Part shown: one piece after another, positions 29,779-41,137 of the stretch
Layout: each line of letters begins with the position of its first letter
Numbering within the stretch: position 1 is the stretch's first letter
Source of the DNA: an uncultured Myxococcales bacterium
Lineage (GTDB): Bacteria; Myxococcota_A; Polyangia; Palsa-1104; JAEUJZ01
DNA length: 64,000 bases
Direction: 5' to 3'
Assembly (NCBI GenBank): GCA_964437195.1
Contig: CAYTGC010000001.1
Span: 9,763 to 73,762 of the forward strand
The notes under the pieces: model-generated
What the model saw: the letters and a program-made list of their open reading frames with translations, nothing else
Database searches by the model: none
Told to the model about the DNA's origin: nothing
Program-made: the position numbers and the translations under genes

Positions 29779-31115
29779 TCCGCGCCGCAAAGCTCTTTCT
29801 GCTCTGTGTCATCGGAATCTTGCCGAGCCTCTTGGCGGTTCACTTCTATCGCGAGCTGTCCACGGCAAGAAAAGGAGTCGCAAAGGAGTCTGCCCCCGCA
29901 GCGAAAGCCGATGTCTGGACGTGTCCGATGCACCTTCAGTACACAAGCGACAAACCTGGAACATGTCCGATCTGCGGCATGGATTTGGTGCCACAAAGGA
30001 GCCTGCAGCAGAAGAATACTCCGTCGCTGAACCTAAACTCAGTCCAAGAATCGATGCTCGGACTCAAGACGGTGACAGTAAAAAAATCCACGTTTGGGAA
30101 TGCCATCCGGACGACTGGGCGGATTGCCTACGATGAGACGCTCGTCCATCACATTCACACCAAATATGAAGCATACGTAGAGCATCTTTTTGCAAACTAC
30201 GTCGGAAAGTTCGTCAAAAAAGGGGAGCCGCTCGTCTCTCTGTACAGTCCAGAGCTGTACAGCGCAGAACAGGAATACCTCATCGCCAGACAAGCCCAAT
30301 CGACACTGCATGGCGGAGCCAACTTGGCCGAATCGGCGCGCGAAAAGCTGCTGCTGTGGAACCTAAGTCCGGCGGAAATCGCACAGCTGGAACGCTCGGG
30401 GCGAGCCAGCCGCACCTTCCATCTGTATGCCCCCCTAAGTGGCTATGTCATCGCAAAAACAGCGGTACATGGCATGCGGATCAAGCCAGAAGACTCACTG
30501 TTTGACATCGTCGACCTGTCACATGTCTGGGTACTCGCCGATGTCTATGAATATGAACTGCCACGCATTCAAAAAGGCCAGTCTGCGACGGTTACATTGC
30601 CGTACTGGCCCGATCGAAAGTGGCAAGGACAGATCAGCTACATCTTCCCATCGGTCGATCCCAAGACACGCACGGTGCGCGTACGAATCGAAGTGGCAAA
30701 TCCGCAAGGCGACCTCAAAGCGGACATGTTCGCAGATGTTGAACTCACCGTCGTAAGCCGCGAAGCGCTGGTCATTCCCGACGATGCAGTGATTGAAACC
30801 GGGCGCCGCAAGCTGGTGTTTGTCAAAGAACAGGATGGCAAGCTGACCCAGCGAGAAATCGTTACCGGAGAGCGATCTTCCCATCTATATGAAGTCCGAT
30901 CGGGCCTGAAAGAAGACGAAGTGGTGGCCAAAGGGGCAAGCTTTCTTCTCGACTCTGAAGCGCGACTTCAGGGCCATGGCAGCGATGAAGAAGAGACCAA
31001 AGAAGAGAGTCCCCCCCCTGCGCCCAAAGATCCTTCCGAACAGATGGACCACTCCCATCACCACGGACACGCAGGTCATACAGCGCACGGCAGCGAGAAA
31101 GGGAAAGCGCCATGA
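29775..31115 (+). CDS. cusB: RND efflux periplasmic adaptor (CusB-like) with an N-terminal heavy-metal-binding CxxC motif and a His-rich tail
   Basis: WTCPMHLQYTSDKPGTCPICGMDLV motif. The body is MFP-type with barrel-sandwich and beta-barrel regions. The C-terminus reads DHSHHHGHAGHTAHG. Confidence 0.85.
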   Translation: MIRAAKLFLLCVIGILPSLLAVHFYRELSTARKGVAKESAPAAKADVWTCPMHLQYTSDKPGTCPICGMDLVPQRSLQQKNTPSLNLNSVQESMLGLKTVTVKKSTFGNAIRTTGRIAYDETLVHHIHTKYEAYVEHLFANYVGKFVKKGEPLVSLYSPELYSAEQEYLIARQAQSTLHGGANLAESAREKLLLWNLSPAEIAQLERSGRASRTFHLYAPLSGYVIAKTAVHGMRIKPEDSLFDIVDLSHVWVLADVYEYELPRIQKGQSATVTLPYWPDRKWQGQISYIFPSVDPKTRTVRVRIEVANPQGDLKADMFADVELTVVSREALVIPDDAVIETGRRKLVFVKEQDGKLTQREIVTGERSSHLYEVRSGLKEDEVVAKGASFLLDSEARLQGHGSDEEETKEESPPPAPKDPSEQMDHSHHHGHAGHTAHGSEKGKAP

Positions 31116-34100
31116 TAGCGTCGCTGATTGCGCTATGTGCTCGCAACCGTTTGCTGGTGGTGATGCTGTCGGTCATCGCTTGCGTGGTGGCCGTGTTCTG
31201 CATGCGCGAGCTGCCGATGGACGCCATTCCCGATCTGTCCGACACCCAGGTCATCGTCTATTCCCGCTGGGAACAGAGTCCGGATCGCATCGAGGATCAA
31301 GTCACCTATCCGATCATCACCAGCTTGCTCGGGGCACCGAAGGTCAAAGCCATTCGCGGCTTTTCTGACTTCGGCTACTCCTATGTCTATGTGCTGTTCG
31401 AGGACGGCACCGACATCTACTGGGCCCGATCGCGTGTGCTGGAATATCTGTCCAAGATCAAAGCCAAGCTACCGAGCGAAGTCAAAACGGAGCTGGGTCC
31501 AGATGCCACCGGAGTCGGTTGGGTCTTTCAGTACGCGCTCATTGACGAAAGCGGACAGACCGGTCGTGAAGAGCTGCGTTCCTATCAGGACTGGTTTTTG
31601 CGCTTTGCGATCCAGTCTGTGCCAGGAGTCGCGGAGGTGGCGACGGTCGGGGGAGCGATCAAGCAGTATCAGGTGACTGTCGATCCGAACCGGCTCGCCG
31701 CGTACGGACTCAGCATGGGTGAAGTCGCCACTGCGCTGCGCAAGTCGAACTCTGAAGTGGGTGGACGACTCGTCGAGATCTCTGGCAAAGAGTTCATGGT
31801 CCGTGGCCGCGGTTATGTCCGCTCGATCGAAGATCTGGAACAGGTCGCACTGCGTACAAATGATCTGGGAACGCCGCTGCGGATTGCTGACATTGGTCGC
31901 GTCCAGCTCGGTCCCGAGCTGCGCCGTGGTGTCGCTGATCTCGATGGGAGAGGCGAAGTGGTCGGTGGCATTGTGGTCATGCGGATGGGAGAAAATGCGC
32001 TCTCCGTTATCTCGCGTGTAAAGGAAAGACTGGCGCAGCTCGAGTCCTCTTTGCCCAAGGGAGTGCGCATCGTTACAACCTACGATCGCTCCGAGCTGAT
32101 CTTGCGCGCGATGGCCACGCTCAAGCATGAGCTGATTCTCGAGATCACCGTGGTGTCTCTGATCATCTTGTTGTTTCTGTGGCATATCCCGTCGGCCATT
32201 GTTCCGATCATCACGATTCCGGTGGCAGTCCTCCTCTCGTTTATTCCGCTGTATCTTCTGCACGTTCCGGCGAACCTCATGTCGCTTTCCGGCATTGCGA
32301 TTTCGATCGGAGTGCTGGTCGATGGCGCAATCGTGGAAGTGGAAAACGCCTACCGCAAGATTCAGAAGTGGCAGGAAAACGGCAGCCAAGGCGACTTCGG
32401 ACTCGTCCGCCTGCACGCGCTGCAAGAAGTCGGTCCGTCGGTGTTTTTCTCCTTGCTGGTGATTGCGGTCGCATTCCTGCCGGTGTTTACGCTGGTCGAT
32501 CAAGAGGGGCGGCTCTTTCGCCCACTGGCGCTCAGCAAGAACCTGGCGATGGCGATCGCTGCGATCTTGGCCGTGACGCTCGATCCCGCGATGCGCATGT
32601 TGCTGTCACGCGCCACGCCCTATTCCTTCAGACCGCGACCTGTGGCCTGGCTGTGCAATCGCGTCCTGGTGGGAACCTATCACCGAGAAGAAAATCATCC
32701 GGTCAGCCGACTCCTCTTCCGACTGTACGAACCGGTCTGTCGGCTCCTGCTTCAACATCCCAAGACCACGATTCTGGCCGCGATTCTGCTTACTGTCAGC
32801 ACGATTCCTATCTATCAAAAGCTCGGAGCAGAGTTTATGCCGCCGCTGCATGAAGGCAGCATCCTGTACATGCCAACGACGCTGCCGGGTGTCTCTGCTG
32901 CGGAAGCGCTGCGAATCCTGACGCTGCAAGACAAGATCATTCGTTCCTTCCCGGAAGTCGAGTCGGTCTTTGGCAAAGCAGGTCGCGCCGAAACTTCGAC
33001 GGATCCTGCTCCTCTGTCGATGATGGAGACCACGGTCGTACTCAAGCCGGACTCGAAGTGGCGCGCAAAGACACAGTTCTATTCTTCGTGGCCCGTGCCA
33101 GAAGCGATCAAAGAGGCTCTGTTTCGACCGCTGTGGCCGGAGCACATCTCGCATGAGGAGCTGGTACAGCTTCTGGATGATGCGGTACGGATTCCCGGCA
33201 CCACCAATGCGTGGACGATGCCGATCAAGGCGCGAATCGACATGCTCTCGACCGGAATTCGGACTCCCATTGGTGTCAAGATCTACGGACAGAGTCCCAC
33301 GGAGCTTGACAAAATTGGCAGCCAGGTTGAAGCAGCGATCCGCGGTGTGTCCGGCACGCGGTCGGTATTTGCCGAGCGCATCGCAGGCGGATACTTCATC
33401 GACTTTGCACTAAAAAGGGAAGCACTCGCACGCTACGGACTGTCAGTAGAAGACGCCAACTCTGTCATCGCGCAAGCCATAGGTGGTGAAACCGTGACCA
33501 CCACCATTGAAGGCCGCGAGCGCTACTCTGTGTCCCTCCGCTATCCGCGCGAGCTGCGCCAAGATCTGGCCGAGCTTGGGCGCGTGCTCGTACCGCTTCC
33601 CAGCGGCAGTTCAGTTCCGATGGGACAAGTTGCAGAGCTGAAGCTATCGACCGGGCCATCCATGCTGCGCGATGAAAACGGAATGCTCGCAGCCTACGTC
33701 TACGTCGACTTTGACACCGAAAAACGCGACATCGCGGGCTACGTGGAAGACGCACGGCGTGCCGTCTCCCACAGCGTGATGATGCCAAGCGGTTATCGAT
33801 TGGAATGGAGCGGTCAGTTTGAAAACATGCTGCGCGTGCGCGAGCGGCTCACGCTGATTGTTCCGATCACGATCTTGCTCATCTTCCTTCTGCTCTATGC
33901 CAACACCAAGTCGGTGACCAAAGCCCTGATCGTAATGTGCGCGGTGCCCTTTTCGGCGGTGGGAGCAATCTGGCTTTTGTACTTGCTCGGCTACCACACA
34001 TCGATCGCGGTCTGGGTTGGTGTCATCGCGCTTCTCGGTCTAGATGCAGAGACAGGCGTGTTCATGCTGATGTATCTGGACCTTTCCTTCGATGAAGCAA

Positions 34101-34396
34101 AGCAGGAAGGGAGGCTACAGACGCATCATGATCTCGTCGAAGCCGTGGTCCACGGTGCGGTCAAGCGCGTGCGACCCAAAGCGATGACGGTGATGGCGGC
34201 GCTGCTCGGACTTTTGCCCATTTTGTGGTCCCAAGGAACCGGTGCAGATGTCATGAAGCGAATCGCCGCGCCGATGGTGGGAGGTCTTGTGACGTCTTTC
34301 CTTCTCGAACTGTTGGTGTATCCACCGATTTATCTGCTGTGGAAGCGAAACAGTGTCGGAACACAGCCGCCTTCAGAGCTTGCGGCGCACGGCTAG
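31112..34396 (+). CDS. cusA: CusA/CzcA-family heavy-metal RND transporter
   Basis: 1094 aa with 12-TM RND topology. TM4 reads GIAISIGVLVDGAIVEVEN and lacks the DFG of Czc-type pumps, so it is closer to Cus-type. Confidence 0.9.
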   Translation: MIASLIALCARNRLLVVMLSVIACVVAVFCMRELPMDAIPDLSDTQVIVYSRWEQSPDRIEDQVTYPIITSLLGAPKVKAIRGFSDFGYSYVYVLFEDGTDIYWARSRVLEYLSKIKAKLPSEVKTELGPDATGVGWVFQYALIDESGQTGREELRSYQDWFLRFAIQSVPGVAEVATVGGAIKQYQVTVDPNRLAAYGLSMGEVATALRKSNSEVGGRLVEISGKEFMVRGRGYVRSIEDLEQVALRTNDLGTPLRIADIGRVQLGPELRRGVADLDGRGEVVGGIVVMRMGENALSVISRVKERLAQLESSLPKGVRIVTTYDRSELILRAMATLKHELILEITVVSLIILLFLWHIPSAIVPIITIPVAVLLSFIPLYLLHVPANLMSLSGIAISIGVLVDGAIVEVENAYRKIQKWQENGSQGDFGLVRLHALQEVGPSVFFSLLVIAVAFLPVFTLVDQEGRLFRPLALSKNLAMAIAAILAVTLDPAMRMLLSRATPYSFRPRPVAWLCNRVLVGTYHREENHPVSRLLFRLYEPVCRLLLQHPKTTILAAILLTVSTIPIYQKLGAEFMPPLHEGSILYMPTTLPGVSAAEALRILTLQDKIIRSFPEVESVFGKAGRAETSTDPAPLSMMETTVVLKPDSKWRAKTQFYSSWPVPEAIKEALFRPLWPEHISHEELVQLLDDAVRIPGTTNAWTMPIKARIDMLSTGIRTPIGVKIYGQSPTELDKIGSQVEAAIRGVSGTRSVFAERIAGGYFIDFALKREALARYGLSVEDANSVIAQAIGGETVTTTIEGRERYSVSLRYPRELRQDLAELGRVLVPLPSGSSVPMGQVAELKLSTGPSMLRDENGMLAAYVYVDFDTEKRDIAGYVEDARRAVSHSVMMPSGYRLEWSGQFENMLRVRERLTLIVPITILLIFLLLYANTKSVTKALIVMCAVPFSAVGAIWLLYLLGYHTSIAVWVGVIALLGLDAETGVFMLMYLDLSFDEAKQEGRLQTHHDLVEAVVHGAVKRVRPKAMTVMAALLGLLPILWSQGTGADVMKRIAAPMVGGLVTSFLLELLVYPPIYLLWKRNSVGTQPPSELAAHG

Positions 34397-34506
34397 CACT
34401 GTCCCTGTTTCGTCAGTGATTTGCAGCGCTTGCCGTGCTGTTCGCAACCAGCAAAAGAGCGTCGTAAAGTAGGAACCTACCGGATCTTCAACCCAAGGGA
34501 GTCATC

Positions 34507-35166
34507 ATGCTCAAGCTCTGTGGTTTTCCCATCAGCAACTACTTTAACAAAGTCCGTCTGACCCTCCTCGAACGCGAGATCCCGCATGAGCTGGACCTGA
34601 CGGCCATTCCATCGCAAGACGCGGGCTTCCGTCAGCGCTCGCCGATGGGAAAGATCCCCTTTCTTGAAACGGAACACGGAATCCTGTGCGAGTCGCAGAT
34701 CATCTGTGAGTACCTCGAGGAGATGTTTCCCCACAGATCGCTTCTGCCCCGCGATCCATTTGCGCGAGCAAAAGTTCGCGAAATCACCCAGGTGCTAGAG
34801 CTTCACGTCGAACTTCAGTCACGCCGCTTGCTCGCTGCCGCATTTTTCGGCGGACAGGTGACGGAAGAGACCAAGGCAGAAGTGAAGCGCGATCTCGACA
34901 AAGGGCTGCGAGCCTTTGCGCAGCTTGTGAAGTTTGGTCCCTTCCTGGCCGGTTCGGAGTTCACGCTGGCCGACTGCGCTGCCGTCAATCACTTCCCGCT
35001 CATCTCGATGACAACCACGCGCATGTTTGGTGCCGATGCACTCAGCGTGCTGCCGCAGATCGGCGACTACATGAAGCTCGTTGGAGAGCGTCCGCATGTG
35101 AAGACCGTGCATGCAGATCGCGACGCTGCGTTTGCCCGGATTCTCGGCAACCGCTCGGCCTCGTAA
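34507..35166 (+). CDS. Glutathione S-transferase
   Basis: The N-terminal thioredoxin-like GST fold is MLKLCGFPISNYFNKV...KIPFLE. A helical C-terminal domain follows. 219 aa. Confidence 0.8.
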   Translation: MLKLCGFPISNYFNKVRLTLLEREIPHELDLTAIPSQDAGFRQRSPMGKIPFLETEHGILCESQIICEYLEEMFPHRSLLPRDPFARAKVREITQVLELHVELQSRRLLAAAFFGGQVTEETKAEVKRDLDKGLRAFAQLVKFGPFLAGSEFTLADCAAVNHFPLISMTTTRMFGADALSVLPQIGDYMKLVGERPHVKTVHADRDAAFARILGNRSAS

Positions 35167-35267
35167 TCAGCTCCGTCGCTCCTCGTTCCACTTCTTCCGC
35201 ATCACAACGCTAGCCATCGCCGCGCAGCGCGTGATATGCCGCAGCCTGCACGTTGCGGAGTGTTGCG

Positions 35268-36917
35268 ATGGACCATCGAGCAAAAAAGCAGAAACCCAAC
35301 CGATCACAGACGCCACCGCCGAGGGATCCGGTCTGGGTTCGCTATCCGCTTTTGTCCGCGTTTTTGATCACATTCCTGTTGTATGTGATTTCGCTGCGCG
35401 AGTACCACTGGCTTCCCGCGTACCAGGATGGTGCGGTGCACTGGGACACCACGAAGGATTTCTTTTTGCGACCGCTCTTTCCATTCGTGGCAGAACACGA
35501 CACGGGACACCCGCCGCTTGTCTCGTGGCTCTTGGCAGCGCTGTGGCACTTGCCGCTGCCGCGCCTGTTGTCGATGCACCTTCTGGCCTGGGCAGCCGCA
35601 GGCCTTTTCTGTGCTTCGGTGTTTGATCTGACACGGCGAACGCTTGGCCTCCTTCCCGCGCTTTGTGCCGCCGCCATCGTGGGACTGCATCCGGTGGTGC
35701 TGGCGCAGTCACTTCAGCTCAACTTGGATCTGTTCCAGATTGCATTTGCATGGACGGCGGTGGCGGCGATGGTGGCGGGTCGTCCGTGGCTGGTTGCCAT
35801 CGCGCTCACGGCAGCGAGCATGACCAAGCTCAACGGTCCGTTTGCGGTTCCGCCGGTTGCGCTGTGGATTCTGCTGCAGCTCTATCGCGAAAAGCGTCTC
35901 TTTGACATTCGCAGACTGGTGTCCGCACTGTGGCCGGTCGCGATTCCCACGCTGGTGTTCGCCATCTATCACCTTCTGAAGTACCAGTTCACCGGACACT
36001 TCCTGGTCAGTCCCGAGTTTCAGGATGCAAACTTGGGCTCGGTGCGTTCGATGGCAGAGTATCTGTCTCGACTCTGGCACTTGATAAACCAACTGTGTGG
36101 CTTTGGGAATCCCAACCTCCTGACGGCTGGAATCATGTTCGCTTTGCTGGCCGTGACACTGATTCGCTGCCGCTCCACTGCGTTTGCGAAGCAGGCCAAG
36201 GTGCAGCTTGCTGCTGTGAACCAGCTGCCAGGTGGATTCCGATCACGCCAGAAACGGCCCGCTTGCGCTGCTGCGTTTTTTCAGCCTCTGTGCGTGCAGG
36301 ATGCGCTGATTCTTTCGTGGCTTATGGCGATTGGGCATACGCTGGCTTGGAGCTTCCGTCAGTACATGGGACTCGTCCGGTACATGATGGTCGTGTATCC
36401 CGCACTCGCTCTGTCGGTCGTGCTGCTGGCAGTGCTGGCGTTTCCTTCCCGCAAGCGTTTGGCGCTGGCCGTGGTGATGGTCCCCATCCTGACGCTGACG
36501 TATCTGACCACGCACTCGTCGCGGGTCCGTTTTCTTCCCAAGTCGATTGCCGAGCGTCTGTTCTTTCCACCCACCGGCATCAAGACGAATCACGAAAACA
36601 GCCTGGAGCTGATTGACGAGCTGGACCTGGCGCGCCGCGGAATCGCCGACATTGAGCGTCGCTTTGGCCCAACCGTCACGGTGGAGACGCGCTGGCCGTT
36701 TCAGTACTTTTTCAAAGATCCAAGCTTCGGGATGACCAAGATCCCGTTCCAAGTTGTGCCGAGCAATGCCGATGTGATCTTTCTGCCAGGATGCAGCGTC
36801 GATGGACCAGAGTCCGAAGTGATGAAAGCGCCGCCCGGTTACGCGGTTTCTGCGATCCATCGCAGCGGTCGCGTCCTTGACGTGACGTTTGAACGAAAGT
36901 CCGCACCACTTCGGTAG
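35268..36917 (+). CDS. Polytopic membrane protein, ArnT/PMT (GT39-like) glycosyltransferase fold
   Basis: Multiple TM segments and an HPPLVSWLL loop motif typical of PMT_2/ArnT-like enzymes. The ATG at 35268 has GCGGAG 7 nt upstream. Confidence 0.5.
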   Translation: MDHRAKKQKPNRSQTPPPRDPVWVRYPLLSAFLITFLLYVISLREYHWLPAYQDGAVHWDTTKDFFLRPLFPFVAEHDTGHPPLVSWLLAALWHLPLPRLLSMHLLAWAAAGLFCASVFDLTRRTLGLLPALCAAAIVGLHPVVLAQSLQLNLDLFQIAFAWTAVAAMVAGRPWLVAIALTAASMTKLNGPFAVPPVALWILLQLYREKRLFDIRRLVSALWPVAIPTLVFAIYHLLKYQFTGHFLVSPEFQDANLGSVRSMAEYLSRLWHLINQLCGFGNPNLLTAGIMFALLAVTLIRCRSTAFAKQAKVQLAAVNQLPGGFRSRQKRPACAAAFFQPLCVQDALILSWLMAIGHTLAWSFRQYMGLVRYMMVVYPALALSVVLLAVLAFPSRKRLALAVVMVPILTLTYLTTHSSRVRFLPKSIAERLFFPPTGIKTNHENSLELIDELDLARRGIADIERRFGPTVTVETRWPFQYFFKDPSFGMTKIPFQVVPSNADVIFLPGCSVDGPESEVMKAPPGYAVSAIHRSGRVLDVTFERKSAPLR

Positions 36918-36968
36918 CGTGAACCGCGACCAGCGCCGCCTATCTGTCGGTGAAGAAGGCCATAACCG

Positions 36969-37270
36969 CAGCACAAACGGATCTTTGCACCGCTTCAAGT
37001 TCTGGGACGCGGCTGCACATGTGGTTTCTGCACCAGTTTAAGAAGTTGAAGCCGTGCAAAAACCGATCTTTGCATCGCTTCAAGATCTTGAAGTGGTGAT
37101 GCAAGCTGCTCTTTGCATCGTTTCAGATTCTCGAAATGGTTCAGCAAGCTGGTCATTGCATCGTTTCAAGACCTTGTAGCGCTGCACAAACCGGTCTGCG
37201 CACCACTTCAAGATCTGGAAGTGCTGCAGAAAGTGGTCTTGGTAGAACTTCTGGGTCTGAAACTCCGGCG
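36969..37270. repeat. Array of about 7 degenerate ~43-bp tandem repeats, each with a TGCAyCGyTTCAAGAtCTtGAAG core
   Basis: Core starts are at 36986, 37029, 37071, 37114, 37157, ~37199 and ~37240. A perfect 16-bp palindrome lies at 37078-37093. The period is not a multiple of 3. Local GC is clearly below that of the flanks. Confidence 0.8.
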
Positions 37271-37380
37271 GGGACCACTTTGGCTCGCCGCCTGCCGCTG
37301 ACAGCACCACGGCCAGGGGTTTACAAGCGGTGGAACTCCTGTGATCATCGCCGCCATCCGAATACTGGAGACTCACGAGC

Positions 37381-38655
<1,275 letters not shown>

Positions 38656-38667
38656 GATCCCCGGCCC

Positions 38668-40533
38668 ATGCCCCTCCGCGTCTTTTCTGACCTGTTACGT
38701 CGTGAGGCCGCCCTTCCCTGCGAGACTTTTTCCCGGACCGCTTTCGCGTTCCAGAAAAAAGCGCTTCGGTCGGCCCCACGACTAAGTGGCCTGCTGCGGA
38801 CGGCTCTGCCGTTTTTTTTGCTGCTTACAGCATGTCCGCGGCGATTTGATCCACGGGCGCAGGAAGTGCATGGGTCGTCGCAGGCGGTCGAAACAGAGTT
38901 TCGACGCGGCGAAAAGCTGCTGATCGATGGCAGGGTTGAAGAAGCGGAGCGGGCGCTGGGGGATTTTCGCCGGAAGTTTGGGCAGGCAGAGCCGCTGTAT
39001 GGGCTCGCGACCGTGCTGCAAGGGCGAGCGCTGCGACAGCTTGGTCAAGCGGTACAAGCCAAAGAGCTGCTGTTGCCGCTCGAGCAAACCCAACCGGCGA
39101 CAAGCTGGCTGGGGCGTGAAGTCCGGCGCGAGCTGGGACTCACCGAGTACTGGCTACACAACTGGGAGTCGTCGCGCAGGCGACTCCTGCCGCTCTCGGT
39201 CGATATTGTTGATGGAGAAGAAGGCGCAGAGCTGCACGCGACGCTCGCCGACCTTGCGCAACGGCTCGGTGACGTACCGTCGGCGCTGCGCGAGTATGAG
39301 CTGTGGTCGCAGTCGAAGTCGGTGCGACCGGGTGAGCTGCTCTATCTTCGAAGGCAGGCCCAGCTGCTTGTGGACAGGCTGCCTGCAGACCAAAAGGACG
39401 GCGCCCGCAAGCGGCTCGGCCTGTCGAGCCCAGAGGTGGTCAAGACGGAGCGATCGCAGACAGTCGCTGTCGGGTTGATCTTGCCGCTGCAAGGCAAAGA
39501 TCGCGCTCTCGGAGACCGCGTGCTGCGTGGCGCGATGTGGGGCGCAGATCTGCTGGGTGGAACGCAGCAGCCGAGTCCGCGTGTGGAGCTGCGGATTCGC
39601 GACTCGAGCGCAGGCGGAGTTCCGCAGCTCGTTTCGGAGCTGGCCCAGGAAGGCGCGCAGGTGATCATCACGCCGCCGACGAAGGCCGAAGCGTCCCAGG
39701 TCAGCGCCGAGGCGGAAAAGCTTGGACTCGTCGCGCTGAGCCTGGGGCCGCGCGATGCCCAGACAGGGGGAACGCTTCAACTTCTTCGGACCAACCGCAG
39801 CCGAGCACAAGCGCTGGCGCAGCACCTGGTGAAGAGCGGTCATCAAACCGTTGCGGTGCTGGCCCCGAACACTGGCTACGGCCAAGCGATGAGCCGGTCG
39901 TTTTCCGAAGCCCTTCAGGGGTCGCAAGTGAAGGTCGTGGCCGAGCTTGCGTTCGCTGACAACGCGACGACGTTTCTGGCGGAAGTACAGAAGATTGCCA
40001 AGGCGCAGCCCGATGCGCTGTACCTGCCGGTGTCAGCAGCCCAGCTTGAGCTGATTTCATCGCAGCTTGCGGCAGCCGGTGTCGTCGGCACCTATCGAGT
40101 CAGCCGTGGCCCCGATGGAGAAGCGCAGCAAAACACCCAGCGCATCAAGCTGATTCTGTCGTCGGCGGAAGGCATGGGCGAGCGGCTTCTGCGCTCTGCG
40201 GGACGTTATTTGCAGGGGGCGGTGCTGGCCCCCCTTTCGGTTGGATCACTTGCGGTGGCTGGCGGTCAGGTGGCGAAGCTTGACTACGGCAGCGGAGAGG
40301 AAGCCACGTCGCTCGACGCGCTCGGTTTTGATGCGGTTCGGCTGGTTCGCACAGCTTGTCAGCGGCTGGGTGGCGCGGAAGCGTGCGCTGCAAGTTCGCT
40401 TTCAAAAGTGCTGCATGAAGTGTCCATCGATGGGGCAACCGGGCCGCTGGCGTTTGACGGCGGTGGACAGCGAACGGCTGGGGCGATGCTGGTGAAGGTG
40501 TCTCCGCAAGGCCTGGAGCTATGTCCGCCATGA
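38668..40533 (+). CDS. Lipoprotein with an N-terminal TPR-like domain and a C-terminal type-1 periplasmic binding fold (LpoA/LppC-like)
   Basis: Lipobox LLLTAC is present. A helical TPR-like region follows. The Leu/Ile/Val-binding-like block is VAVGLILPLQGKDRALGDRV...VIITPPTK. The stop overlaps the next gene. Confidence 0.5.
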   Translation: MPLRVFSDLLRREAALPCETFSRTAFAFQKKALRSAPRLSGLLRTALPFFLLLTACPRRFDPRAQEVHGSSQAVETEFRRGEKLLIDGRVEEAERALGDFRRKFGQAEPLYGLATVLQGRALRQLGQAVQAKELLLPLEQTQPATSWLGREVRRELGLTEYWLHNWESSRRRLLPLSVDIVDGEEGAELHATLADLAQRLGDVPSALREYELWSQSKSVRPGELLYLRRQAQLLVDRLPADQKDGARKRLGLSSPEVVKTERSQTVAVGLILPLQGKDRALGDRVLRGAMWGADLLGGTQQPSPRVELRIRDSSAGGVPQLVSELAQEGAQVIITPPTKAEASQVSAEAEKLGLVALSLGPRDAQTGGTLQLLRTNRSRAQALAQHLVKSGHQTVAVLAPNTGYGQAMSRSFSEALQGSQVKVVAELAFADNATTFLAEVQKIAKAQPDALYLPVSAAQLELISSQLAAAGVVGTYRVSRGPDGEAQQNTQRIKLILSSAEGMGERLLRSAGRYLQGAVLAPLSVGSLAVAGGQVAKLDYGSGEEATSLDALGFDAVRLVRTACQRLGGAEACAASSLSKVLHEVSIDGATGPLAFDGGGQRTAGAMLVKVSPQGLELCPP

Positions 40534-41135
40534 CCGAAGATCGGGGTGAGTCCGGTCTGTCGCGGCGCGAGTTCCTGGCTGTCGGCGCGGCTTCGGCTGT
40601 CGTTGCTCCGGCCCTGGCCGAAGGAACGGAGGCCGCCGCGGACTCACTTCCTGTTGTTCGCCCCGGTGAGGTCCGGCTTGCCCTGACAGTGAACGGGGTG
40701 AGAAAGAACCTGGCGATCGATCCGGCGCTGACTTTGCTCGATGTGCTGCGCGACACGCTCGATGTCACGTCTGCCAAGCGAGGCTGCGAAGACGGATCGT
40801 GTGGGGCCTGCACTGTTCTTCTCGATGGACGACGGGTCCCTTCCTGCCTGATTCCGGCCCCGCTGGCCCACAAGCGCAGCGTCACCACGGTCGAAGGGCT
40901 GCTGACAGATGGAAGGCTAAGCCCAGTGCAGCAAGCCTTTGTGGATCAAGAAGCGACGGACTGCGGCTTCTGCACGCCCGGCCAAGTGATGGCGGCGGCG
41001 GCGATCCTGGATGAAGGCTGGCCGCGAAACGACGATTCCTTGCGGGAGGCGCTGTGTGGGCAGGCTTGCGCCTGTGGCAAGAAACCGCAGATCATCGCGG
41101 CGATCCAGCAGGTTCTCAGACAGCGAGGCGGCTGA
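40521..41135 (+). CDS. Tat-signal [2Fe-2S] small subunit of a periplasmic molybdo-flavoenzyme (PaoA/YagT-like)
   Basis: Twin-arginine motif SRREFLAVGAASAVVAPALA. Cluster motifs are GCEDGSCGACTV...SC and DCGFCTPG...CAC. The start could also be the ATG at 40530, which gives an ATGA overlap. Confidence 0.8.
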   Translation: MSAMTEDRGESGLSRREFLAVGAASAVVAPALAEGTEAAADSLPVVRPGEVRLALTVNGVRKNLAIDPALTLLDVLRDTLDVTSAKRGCEDGSCGACTVLLDGRRVPSCLIPAPLAHKRSVTTVEGLLTDGRLSPVQQAFVDQEATDCGFCTPGQVMAAAAILDEGWPRNDDSLREALCGQACACGKKPQIIAAIQQVLRQRGG

Positions 41136-41137
41136 GC

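Noticed and set aside
36969-37270. Interpretation of the 43-bp repeat array as a CRISPR array
   Set aside because: The units are contiguous with no unique spacers between them. The copies are degenerate rather than near-identical. No cas genes are present in the window.
36969-37270. Interpretation of the repeated TGCA...TTGCA elements as sigma-54 (-24/-12) promoters
   Set aside because: The two GC elements within a unit are about 16 nt apart, not the ~11 nt required by TGGCAC-N5-TTGC. No GG dinucleotide is present at the -24 position.
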